The notes: generated by a model not told the origin, from the letters alone. Shown: positions 14,315 through 27,795, counted from the stretch's first letter. The stretch: DNA of 64,000 bases from Octopus vulgaris (GCA_951406725.2 OX597818.1:31186001-31250000); one strand, 5' to 3'. Program-made: numbers and translations.

Positions 14315-14915
14315 TCTTCTACTCTAGGCACAAGGCCCGAAACTTTTTGGGGAGGGGCCAGTCGATTAGAGAAACTCCAGTACACAACTGGTACTTAATT
14401 TATCGACCCCGAAAGGATGAAAGGCAAAGTCGAGCTCGGCTGAATTTGAACTCAAGTCGTAAAGACAGACGAAATACCACTAAGCATTTCGCCTGGCGTG
14501 CTAACGTTTCTTATTTCTTTATTGCCCACAGGGGGCTAAACATAGAGGGGACAAACAAGGACAAAGGAATTAAGTCAATAACATCGACTCCAGTGTGTAA
14601 CTGGTACTTAATTTATTGACCCCGAAAGGATGAAAGGCAAAGTCGACCTCGGCGGAATTTGAACTCAGAACGTAACGGCAGACGAAATACTTATTTCTTT
14701 ACTATCCACAAGGGGCTAAACACAGAGAGAACAAACAAGGACAGACAAACGGATTAAGTCGATTATATCGACCCCAGTGCGTAACTGGTACTTAATTTAT
14801 CGACCCCGAAAGGATGAAAGGCAAAGTTGACCTCAGCGGAATTTGAACGTAGCGGCAGACGAAATACTGCTACGCATTTCGCCCGGCGTGCTAACGTTTC
14901 TGCCAGCTCGCCGCT
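14315..14915 (-). mobile_element. Tandem array of three Nin-domain-like SINE units
   Basis: aactggtacttaattta(t)cgaccccgaaaggatgaaaggcaaagt occurs three times (~14386, ~14600, ~14783); reverse complement gcctttcatcctttcggggtcgataaa..agtaccag resembles the Nin domain. Confidence 0.8.
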
Positions 14916-14939
14916 TTTCAACACACCCAATATTGTTAA

Positions 14940-15185
14940 TTTTTTCAAGCCTAACCAGGCTCATAGGGCCGATTTCCCGGTTTCTGTGGAGTGTGTGCTC
15001 CCCTCAGCTGGGCGGGACGCCAGTCCATCGCAGCGTTACTCATTTTTGCTAACTGAGTAGACTTGAGCAACGTGAAATGAAGTGTTTTGCTCAAGAACAC
15101 AATGCGTCGCCCGGTCCAGGAATCGAAACCACAATCTTACGATCATGATGCTGACACTCTAACCACTAAGCTACGCGCCTCCACC
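14940..15185 (-). mobile_element. Full-length tRNA-derived SINE with V-domain-like segment
   Basis: Minus strand: ggaggcgcgtagcttagtggttagag (A box)...gtttcgattcc (B box)...ctgcgatggactggcgtcccgcccag. Confidence 0.8.
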
Positions 15186-16154
15186 AATATTGTTATACTA
15201 AATGATAAATATCCGAATAAAAGACGGGATGGTCAGATTTAAACCACTTTTGATCATAGGTCTGTTCAATCAAACTTGACCTGAAACGAAGCAGTATAAT
15301 TCGCAAATATATCTAAGCTTAGTGAGCAGACAGATTGACAATACGGACATTTTCAAAAAAATTCTCGTCAGTCAGAAAATAGATAAAATCACAGAAAACA
15401 AATAAACTTGAGCTGTCTATAAGAAAGTTGTTTATATGTGGCATATCACTGAATGCAAAATTACAGCTAAAATAATAGAAACTAGGAGAGAACATGGGAA
15501 AATGGGAGTGTTGTCTCTTCCAGATGTCGACTGTCTGCTGCTGTGAAATGTTAAAGAATGAGGAAGTTTGGCGGGTAGAACGATAGTCTGTTATTGTTGT
15601 TGTTGCTGTGGTTGATATTGTCGTTGCTGGTGGTGGTGCTGGCGTTTTATTTATTGTTGTTTTTTAAACTCCATGCCAACTTTGCCAAACTAGACCCCCG
15701 ATGAAAGGCATTCCATCCATGACTATTGCGTATTCATCTCTCGGTCATTGCTTATTTTGGACCACACATATTCAAGATATACCATCCATTCTCGTGACTG
15801 AAGAGTGTAATTTTAGGGGGAGCAAAAAGACATGATTTTGCTGTTGTTTCGTTTCAAGTCAAATCCAAAGCGACTTATCATTAAAAGTATTCTTACTATG
15901 ACCATTCCGTTATTTTCTTGGAAGTAGTATATCTAGGAGTACGTTAACCAATGTACCTCCACCTTTTCAAGTCGGTAGCGTAATTTGGAGAATATTTAGC
16001 TACTATTTCTTGGAAGTTAGGAGACAACATAGAGGGTCCCTCGTTGACTCGTATTCGTTTTGTTTTAGGGAAAAAGTGCACTGGAATTATTTGGTTTAAT
16101 ATGCAAGCAAGGGAGCGAACCCTTACCATCTTCTAGTAGACAACGGGATCACCA

Positions 16155-16196
16155 GACCGGACGGTTTCTGGCTATTTGTGCCCATCGTCAGTGGTG
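16155..16196 (-). ncRNA. Minimal hammerhead-like motif
   Basis: Minus strand: acca CTGACGA tgggcacaaatagcca GAAA ccg TC cggt; stem I has a mismatch and stem III is very short. Confidence 0.55.
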
Positions 16197-16445
16197 AATA
16201 TCTGGCCGCTAGGGATAGCAGGAATTTGCTCCATTTCGCAAGGTATAGAAAAACCAAGCCACAATCAGTCACTGACTTTGCAACGAGAATAGTAGGCAGT
16301 TAGAAAATCTTAGTAAAAGAATGAATGAATGTACGTTACTGCATAAAAATACGAGCAACAGGTGCTAAATATAAAATGTAGGCTGATATGAGATTTAGCA
16401 AAATTTCAAACTTTATTAACATGGATTTTGTTTGTAAGTTAAAAC

Positions 16446-16487
<42 letters not shown>

Positions 16488-16576
16488 AACCACTACATAT
16501 GACTATATGCACACATATATGCGTATATCTTTATGTCTATCTATCTTTATATACATATACATACTTGCATACATAC

Positions 16577-16664
<88 letters not shown>

Positions 16665-17587
16665 CCGGCCTACCTATATACGTACGTTTATCAACCTACC
16701 TATCTATATATATATGTGTGTGTTTCTCTCTCTCTCTCTCTCTCTGTGTGTATGCGTACGTGTGTGTGTGAGAGAGAAAGAGAGAGCAAAAGGGAGACAA
16801 ACGTACGTATGAGTAAGAGTGTGTTTGTGTAATTATACGCTATGTTTAGATTTATGTAAATAGTAATTATAAATTAACCCTTGCCGCTTAACGTATACGC
16901 AGTGAATAATCAACATATATTAACAAAAAAGTTAAAATTCTTTAAACAAAACCAGATGAACAAAACACTTATTAAGTGAATATATCACAAATTACACAAA
17001 TTATCCATCATTTGAAATGTTTGTTTATTAATCATTTGAAAGATAGATATTCAAGATCTCCTCCACCATCATTTCACCCCTCACTACAGTAGGTTGCAAG
17101 TATTTATTTATTTACTGTTATATTGCAAACCAAAAGTATAGCCTGGATGTCAGCAAGATACGATATATATTACAGCTTATAAATGATTCAGTTAAGCAAA
17201 TTTAATCAATTCAATCAAGCTTTAAATACGAAAGATTCTCAACCTTTGTCAAATGTAGATCTACATGCAAATAGAAGTGCCAGCAAGAACGCACCTTACC
17301 ACCAACCATTACCATTCACACTTTGCCGCCTCCTCTTGCCGTTCACCATTTTCCTCTAAATTGAAATACGTTAATATGTCAAGTCGGTTTAAAATAAAAT
17401 ATAAATAATTGAGTAAAATAAAAGTAAAATAAATAATTAAGAACAAAAAAAATAAAAACTGCCATTTTATTAGGCCTACCTCTTGCGTAATAAACAAGTG
17501 AGGAAGATATAACTTATATGGAGAATTCGGCAATTAATTACATTCATATATTCAGTTGATGAGTAGGAAACGAAGAACTACACAGTA

Positions 17588-17671
<84 letters not shown>

Positions 17672-17683
17672 TGTGTGTATACT

Positions 17684-17718
<35 letters not shown>

Positions 17719-17823
17719 AATGGATATAAAGGCCCGAATAAATATTCAAGCTCATTAGTTTAAACTTCATCCTGTATATCCTGACACAAAACTTCATTGC
17801 AATCAAGCTGTTGAGGATGATAG

Positions 17824-17873
<50 letters not shown>

Positions 17874-17982
17874 ACACTATTATTACATTTGAAATTGTTG
17901 TTATTATTTTCATTATAACCGTTGCTATAATTTTAATTACTATTGCTTTTGTTGTAGTTGTTGTTGTTGTTGGTTGCTGCTG

Positions 17983-18040
<58 letters not shown>

Positions 18041-18046
18041 AACAAC

Positions 18047-18100
<54 letters not shown>

Positions 18101-18414
18101 TATTATTATCTTATCAGATGCAACCGCTGAATGATATATGCAAAAGGTCAATTGATTTGTGCGAAGAAACGGAAGGAAGATAGGTAGGTAATTAAGTAGG
18201 TAGAAATTTAAAATGCAGGGAGAAAGAAAGAGTGAGAAAGGAGTAAAAGGAAGAAGAAGAGAGGAATAGGAGAAACTGAATGAGGAGGACAGAGAAGTGA
18301 AAAGGGTAAGAGAGTATGGGATAGTACAGGATGAAGTATAAACAACTAACCCAGGGCACACTGATCTTGTGGGTTTGTTGGATTAAAGGGAAGAGAAGGA
18401 GCGCACGCGAGTTT

Positions 18415-18445
<31 letters not shown>

Positions 18446-18583
18446 AAAGAAAGAGAGAGAGTAAGAGAGAGAGAAAGAGAGAGAGAAAAAGAGAGAGAGA
18501 GAGAAAGATAGGAAGAAATGGGGGGGAAGGAGAAAGAAGAGAGAAGAGATATGAAAGAATAGACGACGACGATGATGATGCTA

Positions 18584-18618
<35 letters not shown>

Positions 18619-18630
18619 GTAGATGAAGTA

Positions 18631-18665
<35 letters not shown>

Positions 18666-19141
18666 GGAGGAGGAGGAGGAGGAGGATGAAGAAGAAAATG
18701 AACAACAACAAAGCATCATAGATAATGATGATGATGAAGATGATGACGATGATAATGAAGAAGAAGAATAAGATGATGATGAGCAACAACAACAACAACA
18801 ACAACAGATGGAAATTTCGGATATTTGAATTACGCATCCACGCAGTCACACCAGGAAAACAAACAAAATACAAGTAAACATCATTGAGTATTAAAAGATC
18901 AATGAACATTGATAAATGTTTTGAAATGAGTTGAAATGATTAATTACAAACAAGAAAGTAGCAAAATGCAACCTCGCAAATTGCTATTCTTCCGTTAGGG
19001 AGCTGAGTTGAACGAAAGGAGCCCCTTTCAAACACGCATACACCCTCCTGTTATCATCAACGAGAGATATACATTCTTCCTGCCATTTATTAATAAGGAA
19101 GAACGCACACACATATACATCTGTTTCTCTCTTTCTGTCTG

Positions 19142-19612
<471 letters not shown>

Positions 19613-19804
19613 GCCGAGCGAAAGAGAGAGAGAAAGAGAGACGGAGGGAGAGAGACACATATATACATTTACACACACTGGGACAGATAGATGGATATTA
19701 GGTAAATTTAGTCAATTTAATGAAATCTACAACTTTTAAAGCCTTTACTGTGAAACTTTAAATAAATATTTAGCATTCTCTTCGCAAAGAAAAAACAAAA
19801 GAAA

Positions 19805-20140
19805 GTTTTAGGACAATGTTAAACAGGGCAGGGCCTGTTGAGGAAAAGAAAGTGTGTCGCAGTGTACCTATATGTTGTGATTCCGAATTGGGCAGGGGAC
19901 GTATGAGCCGTGCTTCTAACCGTGGATGAACCTTGAAACTAATGTTCAGGTCGTTTGGGCAATGCAGGCGGTATATCCTCCACATCGTGTAAATGATGTA
20001 CCGTTCGTAGAGGCGCTGGAAAGAGAAGAGCTTCAAGGCTTTGAGGCGGTCCCAGTAATCGAGATCAGTCATACCCTTAATTCGTTTAGTAAGTGTCCTC
20101 TGGGGTGATTCAATTTTCGAAATATTTTGTTTTGTATGGT
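19805..20140 (-). pseudogene. CR1-like LINE ORF2 C-terminal fragment
   Basis: ISKIESPQRTLTKRIKGMTDLDYWDRLKALKLFSFQR; close paralog of 26890-27225. Confidence 0.85.
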
Positions 20141-20476
20141 GTCCCCCTCCTCCTTCCTTCTTTCTCACTCCCAGCCTAAAAATTTCTCTCTTTCGCACGC
20201 CGCCTCTGCTATTGAAAAGTCTTGCTTTCCACACGCTGCCACACAACATCTTTCATCTAGCCAAAAAAAGGCCTTTTTCGTCTGTTTGGTTTTTCTCATT
20301 TGTCTTCGTGTTTGTTTGATTTCCCGTATTGTATTCCCTTTTTATTTCTCGTCTTGTATTTTTTTGTACATGTATTTTTATCTTGTATTTTATTGTGCAG
20401 TTTTATTGTTACATCCTGTTTGTGTTCTTACCCGTTTTACCCCGCTGCTTGGAATTTTATTTTAATTCTCCCGCAG

Positions 20477-20546
20477 GAAGGCCTAGTTAACGAGTGTCCT
20501 GTCTTGCCTTCGAAACACGCCTGAGTTAACTAGCGACAGCTGATGA
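20477..20546 (+). ncRNA. Candidate non-circularly permuted hammerhead ribozyme, copy 1
   Basis: gaaggc ctagttaac ga gtgTC ctgtc tt gccttc GAAA cac gcctga gttaactag c gacag CTGATGA. Confidence 0.7.
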
Positions 20547-20834
20547 CGGTGGATTTTTCCTTGTGTAGCATGTCCTGCACTTGTTTTCTTGTTGTAAAAA
20601 ATTTTTGGATTTTTCCTTGTGTAGCCTGTCCTGTACTTGTCGTTAAATTTTTGTTTTTCCCGTTTCTTTCTACGTCTTGTTGTGGCGTCCTGTACTTACG
20701 TATATTTATTTATATATGCATGTATATATACATGTAGATGTAGGTACGTACATATATGTTTGTATGTATGCATATATTTTTAATTACCACATTATATATA
20801 TATATATATATATGTATGTATAACGGTTACTGAT

Positions 20835-20878
<44 letters not shown>

Positions 20879-21376
20879 CTTGCCTTCTGTTGACTGGTCA
20901 ACGAACAGTGAATCATGAAGACAATCGTGTTTAGTTTTCACTAGGAAAAAACAATAAAACACATTTCCCACGAAGAAGAGTATGAAAATTCTCGTTTAAA
21001 TATTGTAAATTTAGCTTTCTTGTACATGCTGTGTTGTAAATATCTAATGACTCTGTCAACGAACGTACAGTATGTAAATTAGTCTAATCTTTATAGTTAA
21101 GTTCTGGCTTCTCATTCATTTAAATAGTTATTGCTTTTAAGCTCCTTTTGTGGACTGAGGAATTTGGATATTATTCTTCTCACGGGTAATCAACGAAGCT
21201 GTGAACTCGCTTTTGTTTTCTCTTTGCGAAGAGAGTGGTAGATATCTATTTATAGTTTCCCAGTAAAGGGTTTAAAAGTTGTAGTTTTCATTAAATTGAC
21301 TAAATTTACTTAATATCCATCTGTCTGTTTGAGTGTGTGTAAATGTATATATGCACCTCCTCCCTCTCCTCTCTCT

Positions 21377-21431
<55 letters not shown>

Positions 21432-21744
21432 ATTATTATTTGAGGGAATAAAATCCAAACTTACAAGGAAAAAGAATTCAATTTAGAAATACTAAATTCA
21501 AATTCTCCACAATATAATATATATATAAAATATTAGAAAAAAAACACCGATTATCAATTCAAAATGAATAATTAAATTATACCATCTAGAAAATTACATA
21601 TAATAGAAAAGTTAAACTTAACATAACAATTAAAAAGTAAAGATTAAGTAAATTACAAAAATAATGTAATGTATATAATAGGTAGAAAAACGACACGTGT
21701 TTCGCTGCTATATTTAAGAAATATATATATATATATATATATAG

Positions 21745-22051
21745 CTTACGATCGTGAGGTTGTGAGCTCGAATCCCGGACCGGGCTGCGTGTTGTGTTCT
21801 TGAGCAAGACACTTTATTTCACGTTGCTCCAGTTCACTCAGCTGTAGAAATGAGTTGCGACGTCACTGGTGCCAAGCTGTATCGGCCGTTGTCTTTCCCT
21901 TGGATAACACTGGTGGCGTGGAGAGGGAGGCTGGTATGCATGGGCGACTGCTGGTCTTCCATAAACAACCTTGCCCGGACTTGTGTCTAGGAGGGTAACT
22001 TTCTAGGTGCAGTCCCATGGTCATTCATGACCGAAGGGGGTCTTTACCCTT
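21745..22051 (+). mobile_element. tRNA-derived SINE, 5'-truncated
   Basis: B-box-like gctcgaatccc, then ttgtgttcttgagcaagacactttatttcacgttgctcc shared with the 14940-15185 family. Confidence 0.75.
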
Positions 22052-22097
<46 letters not shown>

Positions 22098-22130
22098 TAT
22101 ACATATACATATGCATACATACATACATAC

Positions 22131-22655
22131 ATGGTGGCTGCCCCCTCGTTATCGAGTATGGCCATTGCACGAAGCTTAATCAATGTTGTTATCGTGCAAT
22201 GCCTGTGCAAGAAGATATTTTTTTAAGTGAGGAAAGGCTGTGCACTGAGTCAATCCCACTCACTAAGCAACAGCAGCCATAATCCGAAAAGAAGAACAAG
22301 TCAGCATCATCGGTAACCACTGAGCCGCAGGTTTTATGTCGGAGTTATCCCAGTTACCTGAGTTGCCTTCTCCTAGAAGGATGCCCTGACAAAGGCTAGG
22401 TGTCCTTCACTCCCAATGGTTTAACTGCGCGATCGGGTGTTCAATCCGATTATTTCTATGTCCCCGCGCATGATACAGCTTTAAGACATTTATTGGATGG
22501 CCGTTGACTGTCAAGAGTTCCTCCGCCCTTTGACGGGTTTTGTTTTTCATCCCGCAGGGTGACCAATAAACACTTTCCTCACCAAGCGAGCTTGGTGGGG
22601 TTGCCGGTTTAGTCGCCGACGACCCGACCATGCAACAGGTAGTACTGGGTTACCC
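22131..22655 (-). mobile_element. Probable non-autonomous RTE-derived element
   Basis: End atggtggctgccc resembles the RTE 3' end at 62522; the gttgccttctcctagaaggatgcc..aaggct segment resembles RTE 5' UTRs; no ORF. Confidence 0.4.
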
Positions 22656-22695
22656 TCCGCAAAAAATCCCAAATTTTATTTAATTTGCTTTGCGG

Positions 22696-22772
22696 GAAGG
22701 ACTGTTTCAACGAAATCACGTCTTGCTCTTGCCTTCGAAACGTGAAATAGTTGAAACAGGGACAACTGAAGA
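22696..22772 (+). ncRNA. Candidate non-circularly permuted hammerhead ribozyme, copy 2
   Basis: gaagg a ctgtttcaac gaaa tcacgTC ttgctc ttg ccttc GAAA cgtga aata gttgaaacag g gacaa CTGAAGA. Confidence 0.7.
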
Positions 22773-22945
22773 AGGGGAAATTCTTTATGTTGTATGTCTC
22801 GTTTCTCTATTTGTTTTTTTTTCGTTGTCCGAGAAAAAGTTCGTTTCTATGCTTTTTTTATGTTTTCACTTCTCATTGTGTTCAACGTTTTTTTTTATGT
22901 CCTGTAACCCATATATGCATGTATATATACATATATATGTAGGTA

Positions 22946-23013
<68 letters not shown>

Positions 23014-23050
23014 TATATCTATATATTATTTATATTATTATATATACATA

Positions 23051-23191
23051 TACGTGGTCTGATCAATAAGTATCCGGACTGTTGCAATAGTAACGATGCT
23101 AAATCTCGGATAGTGAAACTGCTTGGCACACTGCATGCTTTAGCTTCATTACGATAGCAACAGTTCGGATACTTATTGATCAGACCTCGTA
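23051..23191. mobile_element. Tc1/mariner-derived MITE
   Basis: ~35-bp TIRs tacgtggtctgatcaataagtatccggactgttgc / gcaacagttcggatacttattgatcagacctcgta with TA termini. Confidence 0.85.
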
Positions 23192-23322
23192 TAGTTCAAG
23201 TTAGTCCTCGTATAGCTGAAATTTGCAGAAAACAAAAAAGACGAAGACAGGCTAGGGAACAACAAACAGGTGTAATAGTTTGATGTGCGGGGGAGAGAGC
23301 AGGGGCACAGTCAACGGATCGT

Positions 23323-23353
<31 letters not shown>

Positions 23354-23734
23354 GAATAAGAAATAGAAAGTCCTAGGCACATTAGTATAAATTTGAAAAA
23401 AAATTAATAAAATGGTGTTTCTGATCATTTTCCACTTTAATAATTAGATGTTTCAGTTTAAATCTAATTCTTAAAATGGAAAAAAATGACCAGAAAAGCC
23501 ATTTGTATTCATATATATATATATATGTATAAGAAATGCATACATACATACATACATACATACATACATACATACATACATACATGCCTTCAATTCTTGG
23601 ACCAGACGACGTGTTGTGTCTTAAAGCAAAGCCCATAAATTTTTTGTGCTGAGAAAACATTGTTGCAGTCAACTGGAAAGGATGACATGCTGCTACAGTT
23701 CTCTCTGTCTCTCTGTCTCTCTGTCTTTCTCCAG

Positions 23735-23947
23735 TTTTCACCTACTCGATATTTCACTGTCAAGGATAAGAATTGCAGCATGTTTCCATCTCTATTCACT
23801 GCTACTTTAGAGACACCTAAAACGATCATCGAAAACATGATAGAAGCTAAAAGATACTCGGTTGTCAATGGCTGTCAAACAAGCTACAAGCTGTATCCTT
23901 GGAAATTTCACGGTTATTTTGCGAATTATAGAATGTTTAAAGGATTG
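23735..23947 (+). other. Candidate internal exon (213 nt, phase 0, open frame)
   Basis: Pyrimidine tract + CAG acceptor at 23734, TTG|GTAAGA donor at 23948, stop-free 71 aa; no recognisable homology. Confidence 0.25.
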
Positions 23948-24105
23948 GTAAGAAAATCCTGAAACATGTGTTTATTTGCATGTTTACATAAATACACATA
24001 CTGATGTGCATAAATATGCACATAAGTATATTCATGTAGCGATCTTTCAACTAACCCTTATTCTATGAACTAAGACACCCTTCAAAAAGAGGTTTAAACA
24101 AAAGC

Positions 24106-24176
<71 letters not shown>

Positions 24177-24608
24177 GACAGACAGACAGAGAGAGGGAGA
24201 GAGAGACAGGGAGAGGGCGAGACAGAGAGTGGGGTAATTAAGGGCATAATGAAGTCAGAAATTTTGCTTCGATTCATATTGTTCATTCCCTCCTTTCACT
24301 TTCTTATCACTTTTACCTGGTCAACTTTCTGCTCTTTCTCTTCCATGTTTGCTTTAACTCCCATTCTTACTGAGCCTCTCACTTTTTATAATACTCTGTT
24401 TTACTCTCTATTTCTTCCTCTCCTTTTTCTCTTGTTTCTGACGAGCATTATCTCCGAGTTAGCATTATCAATATTTTCACTTCTACTCTCGGACGTCACG
24501 GTCCACCGTTTACTGTAATCATCTCCCATTTTATTCTTTGTCTGAGTCTTTTTCCATTCATCATGATCAACGTTACCATTGCCACCACTACCACCGCGAC
24601 CGAACGTG

Positions 24609-25050
24609 GCCGCCAAACGCCGCCGCCAAAAGCCGCCGCCAAACGCCGCCGCCAAACGCCGCCGCCAAACGCCGCCGCCAAACGCCGCCGCCAAACGCCG
24701 CCGCCAAACGCCGCCGCCAAACGCCGCCGCCAAACGCCGCCGCCAAACGCCGCCGCCAAACGCCGCCGCCAAACGCCGCCGCCAAACGCCGCCGCCAAAC
24801 GCCGCCGCCAAACGCCGCCGCCAAACGCCGCCGCCAAACGCCGCCGCCAAACGCCGCCGCCAAACGCCGCCGCCAAACGCCGCCGCCAAACACCGCCGCC
24901 AAACACCGCCGCCAAACACCGCCGCTAAACGCCTTCGCCAAACACCGCCGCTAAACGCCGCCTCCAAACGCTTCCGCCAAATGCCGCCGGCAAGCCCCAC
25001 TGCTAAATGCCGCCACCAAACGCCGCCGCCAAACGCCACCGCCAAACGCC
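24609..25050. repeat. 13-bp GC-rich minisatellite (GCCGCCGCCAAAC)n
   Basis: Over 20 near-perfect units that decay toward 25050. Confidence 0.95.
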
Positions 25051-25315
25051 GCTGCAGCCACCGAACAGCATCACCTCCGCCACCACAGCTGTCGCCGCCG
25101 CGACCACCACAACCATTCATCCCCACACCACCCCCACCACCACCGCTGCCGCCGTCGCCAGTATCGTCGCCACCACGCCACCACTACCGCCGCCACCACT
25201 GCTGCCGCTACCACCGTCACCGTCACCATTACTGTCGCCGCCTCCACCTCCTCTACTTCCGTTACCACCACCACCACCACCACCACCACCACCACCATAT
25301 AAATACACATATATA

Positions 25316-25348
<33 letters not shown>

Positions 25349-25662
25349 GTGTAAGTGTGTCTGTGTATATGTGCGTGTGTATGTGTGCCTGTATGTTTGT
25401 GTATGTGACTGTGTGTGTACTTGTGTATTAGATGGTTAGCGTTTTTTTAGATAATGCAAAATGTAATGAAATACATTTTTGATCTGCATACTCTTTTCTA
25501 GCTTTGGGATGAAAGGTAAACAGAATGGTCATAGCACAGGTTTTTATCTCCCAGTCGCATTATAATTGGCATCAATCCTGTGATATAACCGTTTTGTTTA
25601 CCATTCACAGTGAGACTAGCACTTGTATATTTATCAAGAACGTATACCTTACATATCAAATC

Positions 25663-25735
<73 letters not shown>

Positions 25736-25830
25736 CTTGCCATTTTATCAGTTAATCTATTTTATGTATTAGTATTCTTCTTCATTCTCTCCCTGCTCCT
25801 CCCCCAGCTCTGTCTCCCTCATCTCTCTCT

Positions 25831-25874
<44 letters not shown>

Positions 25875-25950
25875 CTTATGAATGTATGTATGTATGTATG
25901 TATGTATTTGTGTATATGTGTATATATGTATATATATGTATATATATATA

Positions 25951-26071
<121 letters not shown>

Positions 26072-26086
26072 AGATAGATAGATATA

Positions 26087-26373
26087 GGCACAGACGTGTC
26101 TGTGTGGTAAGAAGCTTGCTTCCCAACCACATGGTTCCAGGTGTAGTCCCACTGCGTGGCATTTTCGGCAAGTGTTTTCTACTATAGCCTCGGGCCGACC
26201 AAAGCCTTGTAAGTAGATTTGGTAGACGGAAGCTCGAAGAAGCCCGTCGTATATATATATATATATATATATATATACAAAATAAATATAAGAGAGTGGT
26301 CACTATATTGCTCACTCTAGCACCAGTTAATCCAAAAGGTTTCAACCACGAAAATACATGTTTCCCATGAAAG

Positions 26374-26409
<36 letters not shown>

Positions 26410-26636
26410 TTTGTGTGTGTGTGTTTGGGTTTGTCCTCCTTCGATCGCTTGACAACTGATGGTGGTGTGTTTATGTCCCCGTAACTTAGCAGTTCGGCAA
26501 AAGAGAACCATAGAATAAGTACTAGGCTTACAAAGACTAAGTCCTGGGGTCGATTTCTTCGACTATCACCCTTTAAGTTCTGCAGCTTGAGCATGGCTGC
26601 AGTCAAATGATTGAAACAAGCGAAAGAATAAGAGAA
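26087..26636 (+). mobile_element. tRNA-derived CORE-like SINE with internal microsatellite
   Basis: tgtgtggtaagaagcttgc..ggcaagtgttttctactatagcctcgggccgaccaaagcc..., 3' part ..gcagtcaaatgattgaaacaag; paralogs at 34648, 48823 and 49545. Confidence 0.85.
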
Positions 26637-26653
26637 TATATATATATATATAT

Positions 26654-27731
26654 AACTTAGATATGTTTCGACCAAAGATTGGGCCAGGCCATGTCTAACT
26701 TATTAGCACCACCTGATAGGATTATCTAAATCCTTTTTAAGTAAAGTTTTGTGGTATTATGGTCCATTCAAGTAGTGAGTTCTTGTTGAGTGAATTGTAA
26801 CCAGGTCTAGGTGGCTTATCTGGTATTCCTTGAAAAAATTTGTCCAGATTCTGTTTAAAGGTGATGGGATCATTTTCCTCTTTGATCAGTTTTGGGACAA
26901 TGTTAACTAGAGCAGGGCCTATTGAGGAAAAGAAATTGTGTCGCAGTGTACCTATATGTTGTGATACTGAATTGGGCAGGGGCCGTATGGCCCGTGGTCC
27001 AAGCATTGGGTGAACCTTGAAGGTAATGTTGAGGTTGTTTGGGCAATGCTGGTCGTATATCCTCCACATCATGCAAATGATGTACTGCTCATGGCTGCTC
27101 TGGAGAGAGTAGAGCTTCAAGGCTTTAAGGCGGTCCCAGTAATCAAGGTCAGTTATGCCCTTAATTCGTTTAATGAGTGCCCTCTGGGGTGATTCAATTT
27201 TCGAGATGTTTTATTTTGTATGGTGAGACCACAGGGGGCAGCAGTATTCGAGGTGTGACCGTATAAAGGAGGAAAAAAGTGGAATGGTGATACCTTGTTC
27301 TCTGGACCGGAAGGTTCTTAAGATCCAGGAGCTCATCCTATAAGCTATAACAATCTCCAACTGAGATCATTATCAACAATTACATCTAGGTCTCTGACAT
27401 TGTTAGATGCTGTGAGCGGTTCCCCTGAAGGAAGAGAGTATGGCTGTTTTAGTATAGACTTTGTTACAAAATGCATCAGCTCAAATGTTCCCTCGTTTAG
27501 TGGCATTTTGTTTTTGTCTGCCCATTTAATCACCACCTACAAATCAGACTGGAGTTGAGTTCGGTCTTCTTCTTCATTGATGATTTTCTGGAGTTTAGTG
27601 TCATCAGCAAATATTTTCACTTTGCAGTGATTTACGACGCTGGAAAGGTCGTTTATATAGATTATAAAGAGGAGCGGACCCAAGACAGTCCCCTGAGGGA
27701 TACCACTGGTGACTTTTGCTGGGCTTGAGAG

Positions 27732-27735
<4 letters not shown>
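26654..27735 (-). pseudogene. CR1-like LINE 3' half with RT domain (disrupted)
   Basis: Minus strand reads [21 protein letters not shown]...KIFADDTKL, continues to the ORF2 C-terminus and 3' UTR, with stops/frameshifts. Confidence 0.9.

Positions 27736-27795
<60 letters not shown>

Noticed and set aside
14380-14850. CRISPR-like repeated units
   Set aside because: Eukaryotic SINE multimers with long irregular units, repeated spacers and no cas genes
24401-25439. Long Ala/Gly/Arg/Pro-rich ORFs
   Set aside because: Produced by the 13-bp minisatellite and open in several frames
27601-27620. CTGATGA on the minus strand as a hammerhead core
   Set aside because: It is the FADD codons of the LINE RT
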